Source: Candidatus Azotimanducaceae bacterium
Lineage (GTDB): Bacteria; Pseudomonadota; Gammaproteobacteria; Pseudomonadales; Azotimanducaceae
Assembly (NCBI GenBank): GCA_965203685.1
Contig: OZ241908.1
Location: 2,848,940 to 2,912,939, forward strand
Direction of reading: 5' to 3'
DNA: 64,000 nt
Position 1 is the first letter of the stretch; each line of letters opens with the position of its first letter. Both the position numbers and the translations under genes were made by a program. The notes beneath the pieces were generated by a model, which did no database searches, had not been told where the DNA came from, and worked only from the letters and a program-made list of their open reading frames with translations. Shown here one piece after another: positions 38,012 through 48,612 of the stretch.

Positions 38012-39063
38012 AGTTCGGCCAGCATTCGCGTGAAATCGGCGAACTCGCGAAACTTCTCGGCAGCTTGGCCTGACGCGATCAGGTCGGTGGCCATCGTGAC
38101 GCCGTCGGTCAACGACCCGGCGACTCCCGCAGCATATATGCCGGCACCGCCGTTGAGCGCCACGATGTCCGCCGCAGCTTCGTCGTTGCCGGACAGCGCC
38201 GCGCGAACCAAGCGCAGGCTGTCCGCCGGACTGTCAGCGTGCAAGGCGTCCACGGACCGCTGGCGAAGGCCGAAGTCGCCGGGCGAGACCTCGTAGGTCT
38301 CGATTTGGCCGTCCTTCAGTTCCACGACGCGCGACGGCGCATGGATCGACAACTCGTCGAGGCCGTCGCAATGCACCACCAGGACATGGAGAGAGCCGAG
38401 AGCCTTGGCAACCGCCGCCATCGTCTCCTGCCACTGGGGCGCGAAGACGCCGAGCAACTGGCGGCGGGCCCCAGCCGGATTGGTCAACGGCCCCAAGAGG
38501 TTGAAGACCGTTCCAACGCCCAGTTCGCGGCGCACGGGCATGGCGTGGCGCATGGCACCGTGGTGCCGCTGTGCGAACATGAACCCCACCCCGATTTCGC
38601 GGATGCAGCGGGCGACATCGTCCGGCGCGAGTTCGAGGCTCGCCCCCGCCTCTTCGAGGAGGTCGGCACTGCCGCTCTTGCTCGTCGCGCCACGGTTGCC
38701 GTGCTTGGCGACATGAGCGCCCGCGGCTGCGACGACGAACGCCGCCGCCGTCGACACGTTGAAGCGTTTCGCGCCACCGCTGCCACCCGTCCCGCAGACA
38801 TCGACCAAGTTCGGCACGTCCACGTCGACCTTGGTCGACACGGCACGCATCGCCTCCGCGGCCCCGGTGATCTCGTCGGCCGTCTCGCCCTTCGCCTTGA
38901 GGCCGACCAACACCCCGGCGATCTGTGGCGGCGTAACCGTGCCCCCCATGATGGCGTCGAACACCGCACGCGCCTGGTCGCGTTCGAGATTGCGGCCCGC
39001 GCACAGCATCGCGATGGCGTCAGTCGGTGTCACGGTTCGCTCCTCAACTGTTAGTTGGCGCAT
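38008..39063 (-). CDS. trpD: Anthranilate phosphoribosyltransferase
   Basis: [21 protein letters not shown] and HGNRG motifs; 351 aa. Confidence 0.95.
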   Translation of the reverse strand: MRQLTVEERTVTPTDAIAMLCAGRNLERDQARAVFDAIMGGTVTPPQIAGVLVGLKAKGETADEITGAAEAMRAVSTKVDVDVPNLVDVCGTGGSGGAKRFNVSTAAAFVVAAAGAHVAKHGNRGATSKSGSADLLEEAGASLELAPDDVARCIREIGVGFMFAQRHHGAMRHAMPVRRELGVGTVFNLLGPLTNPAGARRQLLGVFAPQWQETMAAVAKALGSLHVLVVHCDGLDELSIHAPSRVVELKDGQIETYEVSPGDFGLRQRSVDALHADSPADSLRLVRAALSGNDEAAADIVALNGGAGIYAAGVAGSLTDGVTMATDLIASGQAAEKFREFADFTRMLAEL

Positions 39064-39634
39064 CGAGACCTAGGTAGTTTCCTAGCAGATCATGCCCGAC
39101 CTTGGTCTTGATGGACTCGGGATGGAACTGCACGCCCTCAACCGGATGCTCCCGGTGTTTGAGGCCCATGATCTCGTCCGGCGTGCCGTCCTCGTACGCG
39201 GTCCACGCGGTGACCTCCAGGCAATCCGGCACATCGGTGACTATGAGCGAGTGGTACCGCGTGGCTTCGAACGCCGGTGGCAGGCGGCGGAAGACACCAC
39301 GACCACCGTGGTGGATCGCGCTGATCTTGCCGTGCATCACGTTCCGCGCCCGTTGCACGGTCGCGCCGTACGCCTGGCCAATGCTCTGGTGCCCCAGGCA
39401 GATGCCGAGAATCGGAACATCCGCACCGAAAGTCCGCACGACATCCATGGAGATGCCCGCCTCGTCCGGCGTGCACGGCCCGGGCGAAATGACGATCTTC
39501 TCCGGCGCGAGTCGCTCCACGTCCGCTAGGCCGATCTCGTCATTGCGATGGACATCGACCTCCGCGCCGAGTTCGCCCAAGTACTGCACCACGTTGTACG
39601 TAAACGAGTCGTAATTGTCGATCATCAGGATCAT
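39044..39634 (-). CDS. trpG: Anthranilate synthase component II / glutamine amidotransferase
   Basis: [21 protein letters not shown] and HPES triad motifs. Start ATG 39634; the track ORF is longer. Confidence 0.9.
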   Translation of the reverse strand: MILMIDNYDSFTYNVVQYLGELGAEVDVHRNDEIGLADVERLAPEKIVISPGPCTPDEAGISMDVVRTFGADVPILGICLGHQSIGQAYGATVQRARNVMHGKISAIHHGGRGVFRRLPPAFEATRYHSLIVTDVPDCLEVTAWTAYEDGTPDEIMGLKHREHPVEGVQFHPESIKTKVGHDLLGNYLGLDAPTNS

Positions 39635-39656
39635 CGTGAGTCGCCGGCTACTCCCC

Positions 39657-39700
39657 GGAGTTTGCGAAGCAAACTCCAACGGACTTGCGCCAGCAAGTCC
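39657..39700. other. Tandem hairpin module (GAA-loop hairpin plus GCCA-loop hairpin) between the ALDH stop and the trpG start
   Basis: Hairpin 1 is GGAGTTTGC-GAA-GCAAACTCC (39657-39677). Hairpin 2 is GGACTTGC-GCCA-GCAAGTCC (39681-39700). No U-tract follows, so the module may be a terminator or a REP-like element. Confidence 0.5.
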
Positions 39701-39704
39701 GCGT

Positions 39705-41129
39705 TTACTCGTTATAGCCCATGATGGCCTTGGTCTCGAGGAACTCCTCGAAGCCGTAGCGCCCCCACTCACGCCCGTTGCCGGACTGCTTATAGCCCCC
39801 GAACGGCGCCTTGTTGTCCACGGGCGCACCGTTGAGGTGGACGTTGCCCGTGCGAATCCGCCGCGCCACGTTGCGTGCACGATCGCTTTGACCCGATACG
39901 TAGCCGGACAAGCCGTAGCTGGTGTCGTTGGCGATCCGTACCGCGTCGTCGTCGTCCTCGTAGCCGATCAGCGACAGCACGGGGCCGAAGATCTCCTCGC
40001 GCGCGATCGTCATATCGTTGGTCACATGCGAAAACACGGTGGGCTTGACGTAGTAGCCCGCGTTCAGGCCGTCGGGCCGGCCGACGCCACCGCATTCAAG
40101 CGTCGCACCTTCCTCGATGCCTTTCTCGATCAAGGCTTGGATCTTCTCGAACTGCACGGCGGACACCACCGGGCCGATCGTGGTCCCGGAGTCGTTGGGT
40201 TCGCCCACCTTGACTTGCGCGGCCGCCGCTTTCGCGATCGCTGCCGCCTCGTCCATGCGCGCATTCGGTACCAGCATCCGCGTTGGCGCGTTGCAGGACT
40301 GGCCGGAGTTCGTGCAGACGCCGAAGACGTCGCGCGAGATGGCCGCCGAGAAATCGGTGTCGTCCAAAATGATGTTGGCCGACTTGCCGCCAAGTTCCTG
40401 CGCCACGCGCTTCACGGTCGGCGCCGCATTGCGCGCCACTTCGATTCCCGCCCGCGTTGAACCGGTGAACGACACCATGTCCACATCCGGATGCGAAGAG
40501 ATGGCCGCACCGACCGTGGGTCCGTCGCCGTTGACGAGGTTGAACACGCCCGCCGGCACGCCGGCCTCATCGAGGATCTCAGCGAAGAGAATGGCGTTGA
40601 ACGGTGCCACCTCCGAGGGCTTGAGGACCATCGTGCAGCCCGCGGCCAGGGCCGGCGCGACCTTGCACGCGATCTGGTTGATCGGCCAGTTCCACGGCGT
40701 GATCAGCCCGCAAACCCCGGCGGGCTCGCGAATCACGCGCGACGAGCCAAAATCCTCCTCGAACTCGAAGCGCTTGAGGACGCTCAGGGTGGACAGGAAG
40801 TGACCGAGGCCTGCCGGGGCCTGCGCCGCCATCGCGAGGCTCATGGGCGCGCCCATTTCCTCGCTGATGGCCTTCGCCACGTCCGGAATGCGGTTCTTGT
40901 AGGCGTCAACGATCCGACTCAGCAGGTCGACCCGCTCCTCGCGCGTGGTCTGGGAATACGTCTCGAACGCCGCGACCGCTGCGGCTACCGCGCGGTCGAC
41001 ATCCTCGACGCCGCCCATTGCGACCTCGCCGATGACCTGCTCGGTCGCGGGATTGACCACATCGAGGCGCTCGCCGTTGACAGGGTCGACCCACTCGCCA
41101 TTGATATAAAACTGGGTTCTGTGCGCCAT
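39705..41129 (-). CDS. NAD(P)+-dependent aldehyde dehydrogenase
   Basis: ALDH motifs FTGSTRAG and ELGGKS, with a catalytic Cys context GQSCNAPTR; 474 aa. Confidence 0.9.
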   Translation of the reverse strand: MAHRTQFYINGEWVDPVNGERLDVVNPATEQVIGEVAMGGVEDVDRAVAAAVAAFETYSQTTREERVDLLSRIVDAYKNRIPDVAKAISEEMGAPMSLAMAAQAPAGLGHFLSTLSVLKRFEFEEDFGSSRVIREPAGVCGLITPWNWPINQIACKVAPALAAGCTMVLKPSEVAPFNAILFAEILDEAGVPAGVFNLVNGDGPTVGAAISSHPDVDMVSFTGSTRAGIEVARNAAPTVKRVAQELGGKSANIILDDTDFSAAISRDVFGVCTNSGQSCNAPTRMLVPNARMDEAAAIAKAAAAQVKVGEPNDSGTTIGPVVSAVQFEKIQALIEKGIEEGATLECGGVGRPDGLNAGYYVKPTVFSHVTNDMTIAREEIFGPVLSLIGYEDDDDAVRIANDTSYGLSGYVSGQSDRARNVARRIRTGNVHLNGAPVDNKAPFGGYKQSGNGREWGRYGFEEFLETKAIMGYNE

Positions 41130-41320
41130 GAGTGATCACTCCTCGCTCGAATCTGAGAAAGGCGCGCACGCTACGCGAACGCCGGAACCGGTGCAAGTTC
41201 CGACACTTGAACGGAGTCCTCGCGACCGCACAGCGGCGAACCTTGGCGGTGCGCGGACGTCCTCGTCCGCATCCGGCCTCGTGCGACGTTCGATTGCGGG
41301 CCGGGAGGCCCGCGCCGCCT

Positions 41321-42502
41321 TCAGTCAGGCAGCCCGAGGACGCGCTTGGCAATGATGTTGAGTTGCACCTCGTTGCTGCCACCGGCGATGGAGCCGGCTT
41401 TCCCCGCCAACCACTGCCGGGTCATGCCGATCTCGCCGCCGTTGAACGCGTCGCCTTCCCAGCCAACGCCTTGGGTGCCCATCATCGAGACCTGCAACTC
41501 GGCGCGCTGCTTGCGCAGGTTGGCACCGTAGTACTTGAAGATCGACGTCGCCGGGCCAGGCGTATTGCCTTCGGATTCCTCCACCGTGCGACGCTGGGTC
41601 AGGCGGAACGCCTGGGCATCGATGTTGTGGCCGGCGATGGTGTCGCGCAGCACGGGGTCGGCGATCCGTCCGTCCGACTCGCCCGCGTACTTGCGCGCGA
41701 GATCGTCGAGTTCCTCGCCGGTCTCGCGGTTGCCGCCGCTCGCGAGCATCGAAATGCCAGAGCGTTCGTGCTGCAGGAGGCGCTTCGCCACCGTCCAGCC
41801 GCGGTTCATACCGCCGACGAGATCCTCCTTGCTCGCGATGGCATTGTCGAAGAAGGTCTCGCAGAAGGGCGATGCCCCGGAGATCAAGCGGATCGGGCGG
41901 ACCGTGACACCGGGCTGGTGCATGGTGAACAAGAGGAAACTAATGCCGTCGTGCTTCGGCACATCCGGATCGGTACGCGTCAGGCAGAAGATCCAGTCGG
42001 CGTTGAACGCACCAGACGTCCAGATCTTCTGGCCGTTGATGACGAAGTGGTCACCATGGTCCTCGGCGCGGGTCCGCAGCGAGGCCAAGTCGGAGCCGGA
42101 GCCGGGCTCGGAATAGCCCTGGCACCACCAGACTTCGCCACGTGCGATCCGCGGCAGGTGTCGAGCCTTCTGATCGTCCGTGCCGTACTCCAAGAGCGTC
42201 GGCCCGATCATCGACGTGCCCATGCCGGCCACGGGGGCGCGAACTCCCAGTGAGCGCATTTCCTCGAGAAGGACCACGTACTCGTCCTTCTCGAGCCCGG
42301 CACCACCGTACTCCTCGGGCCACGTGGGCACCGAGAAGCCGCGTTCCGCGCACCGGTCAAGCCACAGCCGCTGATCGTCCGTCATCGGCACCTTCGTGCC
42401 GCCGCCGGGGACCTCGCCGGGACCGCGACAACTCGCCGGGCAATTCTCATCCAGCCAACTTCTCACCTCGGTTCGAAATGACATGCCGTTAAGTCCGTTC
42501 AA
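41321..42502 (-). CDS. Acyl-CoA dehydrogenase
   Basis: 393 aa with ACAD-like N-terminal, middle and C-terminal domains (WCQGYSEPGSGSDLA..., IAGGSNEVQLNIIAKRVLGL). Confidence 0.9.
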   Translation of the reverse strand: MNGLNGMSFRTEVRSWLDENCPASCRGPGEVPGGGTKVPMTDDQRLWLDRCAERGFSVPTWPEEYGGAGLEKDEYVVLLEEMRSLGVRAPVAGMGTSMIGPTLLEYGTDDQKARHLPRIARGEVWWCQGYSEPGSGSDLASLRTRAEDHGDHFVINGQKIWTSGAFNADWIFCLTRTDPDVPKHDGISFLLFTMHQPGVTVRPIRLISGASPFCETFFDNAIASKEDLVGGMNRGWTVAKRLLQHERSGISMLASGGNRETGEELDDLARKYAGESDGRIADPVLRDTIAGHNIDAQAFRLTQRRTVEESEGNTPGPATSIFKYYGANLRKQRAELQVSMMGTQGVGWEGDAFNGGEIGMTRQWLAGKAGSIAGGSNEVQLNIIAKRVLGLPD

Positions 42503-42558
42503 GAATCAAGCGTTGCAACCGATGCTAACGCAGATCGCGTCGCCGCCGGTGACGTGTC

Positions 42559-43899
42559 TTAGGACGCAGCGCCCTTGTGCCCCGGAGCCTCGGCCGCCAC
42601 GGTTCCCTGTGCGTCTTCCGTAACGCTTACGCGCAGCCCGGTGACCGCATTCGACAACTGCGTGGTCAGCACACGTGCGCCGTCGTTCAACCGAGGACCG
42701 CGGACGAGGAGCCTCAAGTCGCCATGCTCCGTCGTCATCTCGCCCACGCGCTCCACGTCGATCCCGGCGAGCAGCCCGTCCTCGATCATGAACACCCGGC
42801 GCTGGCCGTAGACCGCTTGGACGGGCAACGCCACGAGACCCTCCACCGGGCGCATCGTCATGCGCAGTTGGACCGCGCGGCCGAGGTCCGGTGGGTTAAC
42901 GCCTGCGTCCAATCGCACCAGGCCGTCCACGCCCGAGCGGCCCTTCTCCACCGCGCCCACCAAACGCTCGAGGAACCCGGTGCCCTGGTAGTCGCCGAAA
43001 TCGGCAAGCACGGCAGGGTGCACGCCGGCCGCAAGTGCCGCTTCCACCTCCGGGAGGTGCACGTTGGGGATGGCCACGCGGATTTCCAGCCGGGTGTCGT
43101 CGTAGATCTCCGCGACGGTGGTCCCGGGGGCGACGAGTTCTCCCGGTGCGACCAGGATTCGCGTCACGCGGCCCGGGAACGGCGCTTTGACCGTTGCGCG
43201 CTCCAGGTTGACGCGCGCTTCCCGCACGGACGCCTTGGCACGTGCCACGCTGGCGAGCGCCCGTGACCGCCGATGCTCGAAGCTGGCGACGAGACCCCGC
43301 TGTTGGACAAGCGCAATGGCTTGGGCGTGACTCTCGCTCAACGCGGCATTCAACGTCTGGCGGGAGATCGATCCCTGCGCGAAGAGCTTGCGATGCCAAT
43401 CGGCCTTGGCGACCGCCTGATCGGCAAGCCGCTCCTGGTAGGCGAGCACCGCGCGGTCCTCGTCGCCCGCGAGCAGCAGCACGTCGAGGTCCGCCTGCGC
43501 CTGGTCGAGTTCGGCCTCGGCGCGTTCGAGGGCCAAGGCCATGTCGGTCTCGTCGAGCGCGACAAGCACCGCACCCGCATCGACCCGGTCGCCTTCCCTG
43601 GCGGCGAGGGCTGCCACCGGGGCCGAGATCAGCGCGGTAAGCTGCGCCGTATTCGGGGTTTCAACGCGTCCGTACAGGCGGACCTCCGGAGACAGGCGCC
43701 GAAATTGCGTGACCATGCTCGAGACCGGCACGCCTTGTGCGTCGGCGACGACATGATCCGGCTCCGGCGCGAAGGCGATCAGCCCGACGCTGCCGAAACC
43801 GCTCACGGCAACGATGACGAGGATGATCCGCGCCTTGATGGGCACCCGGAGGACGCGTTTCCATACGCCACGCCCTAGCGCCACGATCCAACTACCCAT
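42559..43899 (-). CDS. Efflux RND transporter periplasmic adaptor (HlyD/MFP family)
   Basis: N-terminal TM anchor, coiled-coil hairpin, then barrel-sandwich and beta-barrel segments. ATG 43899 overlaps the pump stop (ATGA); the track ORF is over-extended. Confidence 0.85.
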   Translation of the reverse strand: MGSWIVALGRGVWKRVLRVPIKARIILVIVAVSGFGSVGLIAFAPEPDHVVADAQGVPVSSMVTQFRRLSPEVRLYGRVETPNTAQLTALISAPVAALAAREGDRVDAGAVLVALDETDMALALERAEAELDQAQADLDVLLLAGDEDRAVLAYQERLADQAVAKADWHRKLFAQGSISRQTLNAALSESHAQAIALVQQRGLVASFEHRRSRALASVARAKASVREARVNLERATVKAPFPGRVTRILVAPGELVAPGTTVAEIYDDTRLEIRVAIPNVHLPEVEAALAAGVHPAVLADFGDYQGTGFLERLVGAVEKGRSGVDGLVRLDAGVNPPDLGRAVQLRMTMRPVEGLVALPVQAVYGQRRVFMIEDGLLAGIDVERVGEMTTEHGDLRLLVRGPRLNDGARVLTTQLSNAVTGLRVSVTEDAQGTVAAEAPGHKGAAS

Positions 43900-46800
43900 C
43901 ACCTTACGCCTCCTTCGCGTTGTACCAGTGTGCTGCCGAACCCGGCAAGCGATTCCCGCCACCGCGCGACGCGCTCGCCGCCGCGCACGATCATCGCCAA
44001 CAGGACCGGAATCACGATCAGCACCAGCAGCGTGCCGTAGAGCAAACCGAAACAGATGGCCGCCGCCAGCGGCTTGAACATCGCCGCGATCGGGGCCTGC
44101 TCGAACATCAGCGGCAGCAAACCGGCCATCGTCGTCAACGACGTCAGGATGACCGGTCGAAATCGGCGTCTGACCGCGTCTTCGATGGCTTGCGCGGGCG
44201 CCGTGCCCTCGGCCACGAAGCGGCGGTACGTGCTGAGCAGGATGATCGAGTCGTTCACGATGATGCCCGTCAGCGCGAACATGCCGAGCAGCGACATCGG
44301 GTTGATGTGAAGCCCGAGGACGATGTGGCCGAGCAACGCGCCGGTGAGTCCCAACGGGATGGCAGCCATCACGGCGAACGGCCAACTCCACGAGGCGAAC
44401 ACCCAGGCCAGCACCACGTAGATCAGCGCGAGCGCGATGCCGAACTGCAGGAGCATGTCGCCCAACAGTTCGTCCTCGGCCTGGCTCAACTCGTCGAGGC
44501 CGGTGGTTACGCCGTACTTCTCCACCACCGCGTCACGGATGTTCTCGTTGAAGTAGGCGACCACCTCGCCACCACTGATCACGGCGTGGTCGACGTCGCC
44601 ACGGATGGTCAGCGTCCGCTGGCCGTTGTGGTGCCGGACCGCGTCGATGCCGCGGCTCGCCTCGATCCCTGCAACGGTGGACAGCGGCACCATGTCGCCG
44701 TCCGGCGCCTTGACCGGGAACTGCCCGATGGCCGCCAAATCCGTGCGCTCCGCCTCCGGCAGGATCAGCCGAACCTCGAGTTCGATGTCCTGGTCCTGGA
44801 AGATCTGGATGCGACGCCCGTCGTAGGCGGCGCGAAGCTGCGTACCCAAGTCGCTGGTCGAGAGGCCTAGCGCTCTACCGGCCGTCGTCAAGCTGAGCAC
44901 CCATTGGTCGTCGCCCCACGGCAGGTTGTCGCGCAGGTTCGAGACACCGGCCAACGTCACGAGCGACGCCATCACCTCGTCGCCTGCCCGCTTCAACATC
45001 GTCGCGTCGTTGCCCTTGAGCAGGATCGAGAAGTCGGAACCCCAGCCCCGCACCTTCGCGATGTTGAGCGAATCGACGATCTCGGACCGATCGACGCGGG
45101 CCAGCCAGTCCGAAGAGAACTCGTCCGCCGAGAAGTCACGCTGTTCGGGCGATGTCAACTCCACGCGCAGCGACGAATACTGCGGGCCGGTCTTGTTCTC
45201 GTTGTTGATGGACGCGGTGTTGCGCATCGTGACGTGGTTGACGAGGTGCCCGCCGCCGAGATCCGTGTCCGTCGCCAGGAGCTTGTCCTCGAGTTCGGCG
45301 ATGAAGTCCTCTTTGTCGCCGCTCGACGATCCGGGAACGAACCGCACGTCGGCGCGGATCTCCTCGAAGTCCAGGTTCAGGTTCATCTCCGTCTTGATCC
45401 ACCCGGTGAGCGGGACCAGCGCGACCACGACGAACATGCCCGCCGCTGCCGTGAGCACCGCGCCCCGATTTTCAAGGCTCAAGCGGACTAGCGGCAGGAA
45501 GCGCTGATCGCGGAACGACTCGAAAGCGGCGTTGAATCGCTTGCGCCAAGGCCGCATCGGCCGTCGCCCGACGTGGTCGAAGGCGTGGCGCAAATGCCCC
45601 GGCAGGATGAGGAAACACTCGATGAGCGACGCCGAGATGACCACCAGCATGACCATGGCGATCTCCACCAGCGGTGCTTCATCGGAGACCACGAGGGGCG
45701 TGAAGGCACACAGCGTCGTCAACGACGAGGCGATCACGGGCGCCAGCATGCGTCGCGCGCCCGTTGTCGCGGCTTCGGCGGGCGAAGCGCCGGCATCGAA
45801 TTGCGTGACGGCCTCCTCGCCGACCACGATCGCATCGTCGACGACGATGCCGAGCGCCATGATGAAGCCAATCAGGCTGATCCCGTTGATCGTGCCCCCG
45901 AGGTAGTAGAAGGCGAACAGGGACGCGAGGAACGTCGCGGGTATGCCCATCATCACCCAGAACGCGGGTGCCAAGCGCAGGAACAGGAACAGCGCGCCGA
46001 TCACAAGCACCAAGCCCATGAGCCCGTTGCCAACGATGAGCGTCAATTCGTCCTTGATGAACCGCCATGCCTCGAGGAACAGGTTCAGCGTGACTCCCTC
46101 CGGCAGCGTCGGTTGCTTCGCCTCCAGGTAGGCGTTGAGGTTCTCTGCGGCATCCAGCGAGTGCGTTGTCATGTCGCGACGGACGAAGAGCGCGATGGCA
46201 GGCTTGCCACCGACCGTGAGATACGGCTGATCGACCACGGCCCGGCGTTCGACCTGCGCGATGTCGCCGAGGCGGACCAAGCCGCCGTCTCCCGTGTAGA
46301 CGGGAAGGTCCTCGAAGGCGGCCGCGTCCCGGCGCTGGTCGAGGCTGCGCAACTGGCGCGACACTTCGCCGTCGCCGATTCGACCTCCCGGTGCGTCCGT
46401 GGACAGGCCCGCGAGTTGGCGGCCGAGTTCGTCGAAGCTCAAGCCCAGTTCCAGGAGCGTCCGAGTGTCCACTTGGATGGCGATCTCTTCGACCGGGAGG
46501 CCAGTGAACTCCACGGAATCCATGCCCCGGCCGAGCAGTTCGTTCTGCATTTGCTTGGCGAGCGGAATCAGCTCGTCCAGGCTGCCCGGACCGGTCACCA
46601 GCACCGCCGCGACCAGTTCCCGGTAACGGAAGACGTAGACGTTCGGGGGCTCGATCTCGGCCGGGAAGCTGCGCACTTGGGACACGCGTTGCTTCATCGC
46701 GTCCACGGTTTCGTTGATGTCCGCGCCGGGCGCCACCCGGATCTGCACGAAGCTCGCCGTGTCGCGGGTGACACTCCACACCGTCTCGACGCCAGGGACG

Positions 46801-47018
46801 GTCTTGAGCTGCTGTTCGAGAGGCGTGGTGACCAGCCTCTCCACGTCCTCCGCGCTGGCCCCGCGCCATCCGATGGAGACGTCGGCGAACCGCTGTGGCT
46901 GGACGGGATTGAGGCCGACATTGAGCCGGGAGACGGCCCAAACGCCCGCGAGCACCATCAACACCATGCCTAGGTTGGCGGCGAGACGGTGGTTCACGAA
47001 GACGCGGATCAGGTTCAT
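43899..47018 (-). CDS. RND efflux transporter permease (AcrB/AcrD/AcrF family)
   Basis: 1039 aa with 12-TM RND topology and two large periplasmic loops. Confidence 0.95.
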   Translation of the reverse strand: MNLIRVFVNHRLAANLGMVLMVLAGVWAVSRLNVGLNPVQPQRFADVSIGWRGASAEDVERLVTTPLEQQLKTVPGVETVWSVTRDTASFVQIRVAPGADINETVDAMKQRVSQVRSFPAEIEPPNVYVFRYRELVAAVLVTGPGSLDELIPLAKQMQNELLGRGMDSVEFTGLPVEEIAIQVDTRTLLELGLSFDELGRQLAGLSTDAPGGRIGDGEVSRQLRSLDQRRDAAAFEDLPVYTGDGGLVRLGDIAQVERRAVVDQPYLTVGGKPAIALFVRRDMTTHSLDAAENLNAYLEAKQPTLPEGVTLNLFLEAWRFIKDELTLIVGNGLMGLVLVIGALFLFLRLAPAFWVMMGIPATFLASLFAFYYLGGTINGISLIGFIMALGIVVDDAIVVGEEAVTQFDAGASPAEAATTGARRMLAPVIASSLTTLCAFTPLVVSDEAPLVEIAMVMLVVISASLIECFLILPGHLRHAFDHVGRRPMRPWRKRFNAAFESFRDQRFLPLVRLSLENRGAVLTAAAGMFVVVALVPLTGWIKTEMNLNLDFEEIRADVRFVPGSSSGDKEDFIAELEDKLLATDTDLGGGHLVNHVTMRNTASINNENKTGPQYSSLRVELTSPEQRDFSADEFSSDWLARVDRSEIVDSLNIAKVRGWGSDFSILLKGNDATMLKRAGDEVMASLVTLAGVSNLRDNLPWGDDQWVLSLTTAGRALGLSTSDLGTQLRAAYDGRRIQIFQDQDIELEVRLILPEAERTDLAAIGQFPVKAPDGDMVPLSTVAGIEASRGIDAVRHHNGQRTLTIRGDVDHAVISGGEVVAYFNENIRDAVVEKYGVTTGLDELSQAEDELLGDMLLQFGIALALIYVVLAWVFASWSWPFAVMAAIPLGLTGALLGHIVLGLHINPMSLLGMFALTGIIVNDSIILLSTYRRFVAEGTAPAQAIEDAVRRRFRPVILTSLTTMAGLLPLMFEQAPIAAMFKPLAAAICFGLLYGTLLVLIVIPVLLAMIVRGGERVARWRESLAGFGSTLVQREGGVR

Positions 47019-47279
47019 CGGCTTTGCAGTGTCACGGCGAAAATCCTTCTCTAGCGACCTTGGACGGTGGCGGGTTCGCCGCTGTTAACGAGCCCTCGTC
47101 GTCTTGCTCTATGCCGTGTTGGTTGCAGTCTTTGTGCCAACTCGCAACTTATTGATAGAACGGGACTTCCATCGCCGGTAATGGCGGACGGCGGCGATAT
47201 CCGCCACGGATTGGCAAAAGGGACGTCGATGAACGCTATAGTTCGCGCCCTACCGAACAGCGACGGAAGGACGAAACCC

Positions 47280-48089
47280 ATGGGGGAGCGCCTGGATGGC
47301 AAGGTCGCCGTAATCACCGGCGGAACCAGCGGCATCGGCGAAGCGACCGCCGAACTCTTCGCGTCCGAGGGCGCCAAGGTCGTGATCGCGGGCCGGTCGC
47401 GCGACAAGGGAGCGGTACTCGCGGACCGGCTCGGCGAAAACGTCGTCTACGAACACCAGGATGTCACGGTGGAGGCGGATGTCAGGCGCGTCATCGACTC
47501 GGCGGCGGAGCGCTTTGGGCGCCTCGACGTGCTGTTCAACAACGCCGGCGGCCCGACCGCCGGCAATGTCATGGACATCACCGCCGAGAACGTCGACTAC
47601 GGCGTCAAGCTGCTGTTCACCAGCGTGGTCTTAGGGATGCGTTACGCGGTACCCCACATGCTCGCATCCGGCGGCGGCTCGATCATCAACAACTCGAGCG
47701 TCGCCGCACTACGCCACCTCCAAGGCAACATCCTCTACTCTGCGGTCAAGGCGGCCGTCACGCACTACTCCAAGCTCGCCGGTGTCGACCTCGGCCCGCA
47801 GGGCATCCGCGTCAACGTGATCTCCCCCGGCGCCATCGCCACGCCGATCTTCTGGGGCGGCTCGGCGCGCGCGAACACGCTGCCGGACGAGGAGAACGCG
47901 CGCAAGATGGCGAAGCTCCAAGGCAATCTCGCCAAGGCGAATCCATTGAAGAAGTCCGGCCTCGCGTGGGACATCGCCACTGCGGCGTTGTTCCTCGCGA
48001 GCGACGAGGGCCGGTTCGTGAATTGCCACGACCTAGTGGTCGACGGCGGGCGGACCTCGATGTTCAACGAGTATCCGGCTGCGCACTGA
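47280..48089 (+). CDS. SDR family oxidoreductase
   Basis: GKVAVITGGTSGIGEA, NNAG and YSAVK (YxxxK) motifs. ATG 47280 lies behind GGAAGGA. Confidence 0.9.
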   Translation: MGERLDGKVAVITGGTSGIGEATAELFASEGAKVVIAGRSRDKGAVLADRLGENVVYEHQDVTVEADVRRVIDSAAERFGRLDVLFNNAGGPTAGNVMDITAENVDYGVKLLFTSVVLGMRYAVPHMLASGGGSIINNSSVAALRHLQGNILYSAVKAAVTHYSKLAGVDLGPQGIRVNVISPGAIATPIFWGGSARANTLPDEENARKMAKLQGNLAKANPLKKSGLAWDIATAALFLASDEGRFVNCHDLVVDGGRTSMFNEYPAAH

Positions 48090-48333
48090 TTGCGCAGCGG
48101 CACTCAGGACGCCTAAACCGCACAGGACACAGGCCTCGGAGCGAGCCCCTACAGTTCTAGCCACCGGTCACCAAGCGCACTGCGAAGCCGAGGCACGTTC
48201 CGGTTTCGTCTTACGTCAAATCAACGTCGCACAGTCCCCTACGTTTCGCCCCGACCGGGCCTCGTACGGGACTCAGATCGCCGTGTCGGTGTGGTAGTTT
48301 GCGGGCAAATGACGCGGTTTTCGGGAAGAAACG

Positions 48334-48609
48334 ATGGACTGGTGGAATGGGCTCACGGCCCCATTTACGACACAAGACTGGTTCTCGTTCTGGACCCTCG
48401 TGGTTGCTGTGCTGACAGTTGCGTTCAACCTTGGAATCGCGCTTTGGAACAGCAAGAAGATCGACAAGAAGCTGCTAAGCATGGATGAGACCCTCGAAGA
48501 GGGCTTGGGCAAGCTGGACGACAAGGTCAACGGCGTCGACTGGGGTTACGCGTATATACTCGGTGTGCTCGATGGTGCTGGGCTCACGCAAGGGCGCAGA
48601 CGGAGGTAA
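48334..48609 (+). CDS. Small single-pass membrane protein, no recognised family (cassette ORF-A)
   Basis: 91 aa. One hydrophobic helix FSFWTLVVAVLTVAFNLGIALW is followed by a charged, coiled-coil-like segment and a GRRRR tail. Third-position codon bias looks coding. An antisense ORF (48273-48530) is the less likely reading. Confidence 0.5.
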   Translation: MDWWNGLTAPFTTQDWFSFWTLVVAVLTVAFNLGIALWNSKKIDKKLLSMDETLEEGLGKLDDKVNGVDWGYAYILGVLDGAGLTQGRRRR

Positions 48610-48612
48610 GCC

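Noticed and set aside
48247-48256. A 10-nt match (CGCCCCGACC) to the tRNA-Pro acceptor 3' end, considered as a candidate distal att repeat of the 48-52 kb islet.
   Set aside because: It is in the opposite orientation to the tRNA gene. It is only 10 nt long in a G+C-rich background, and no integrase is present, so it is likely chance.
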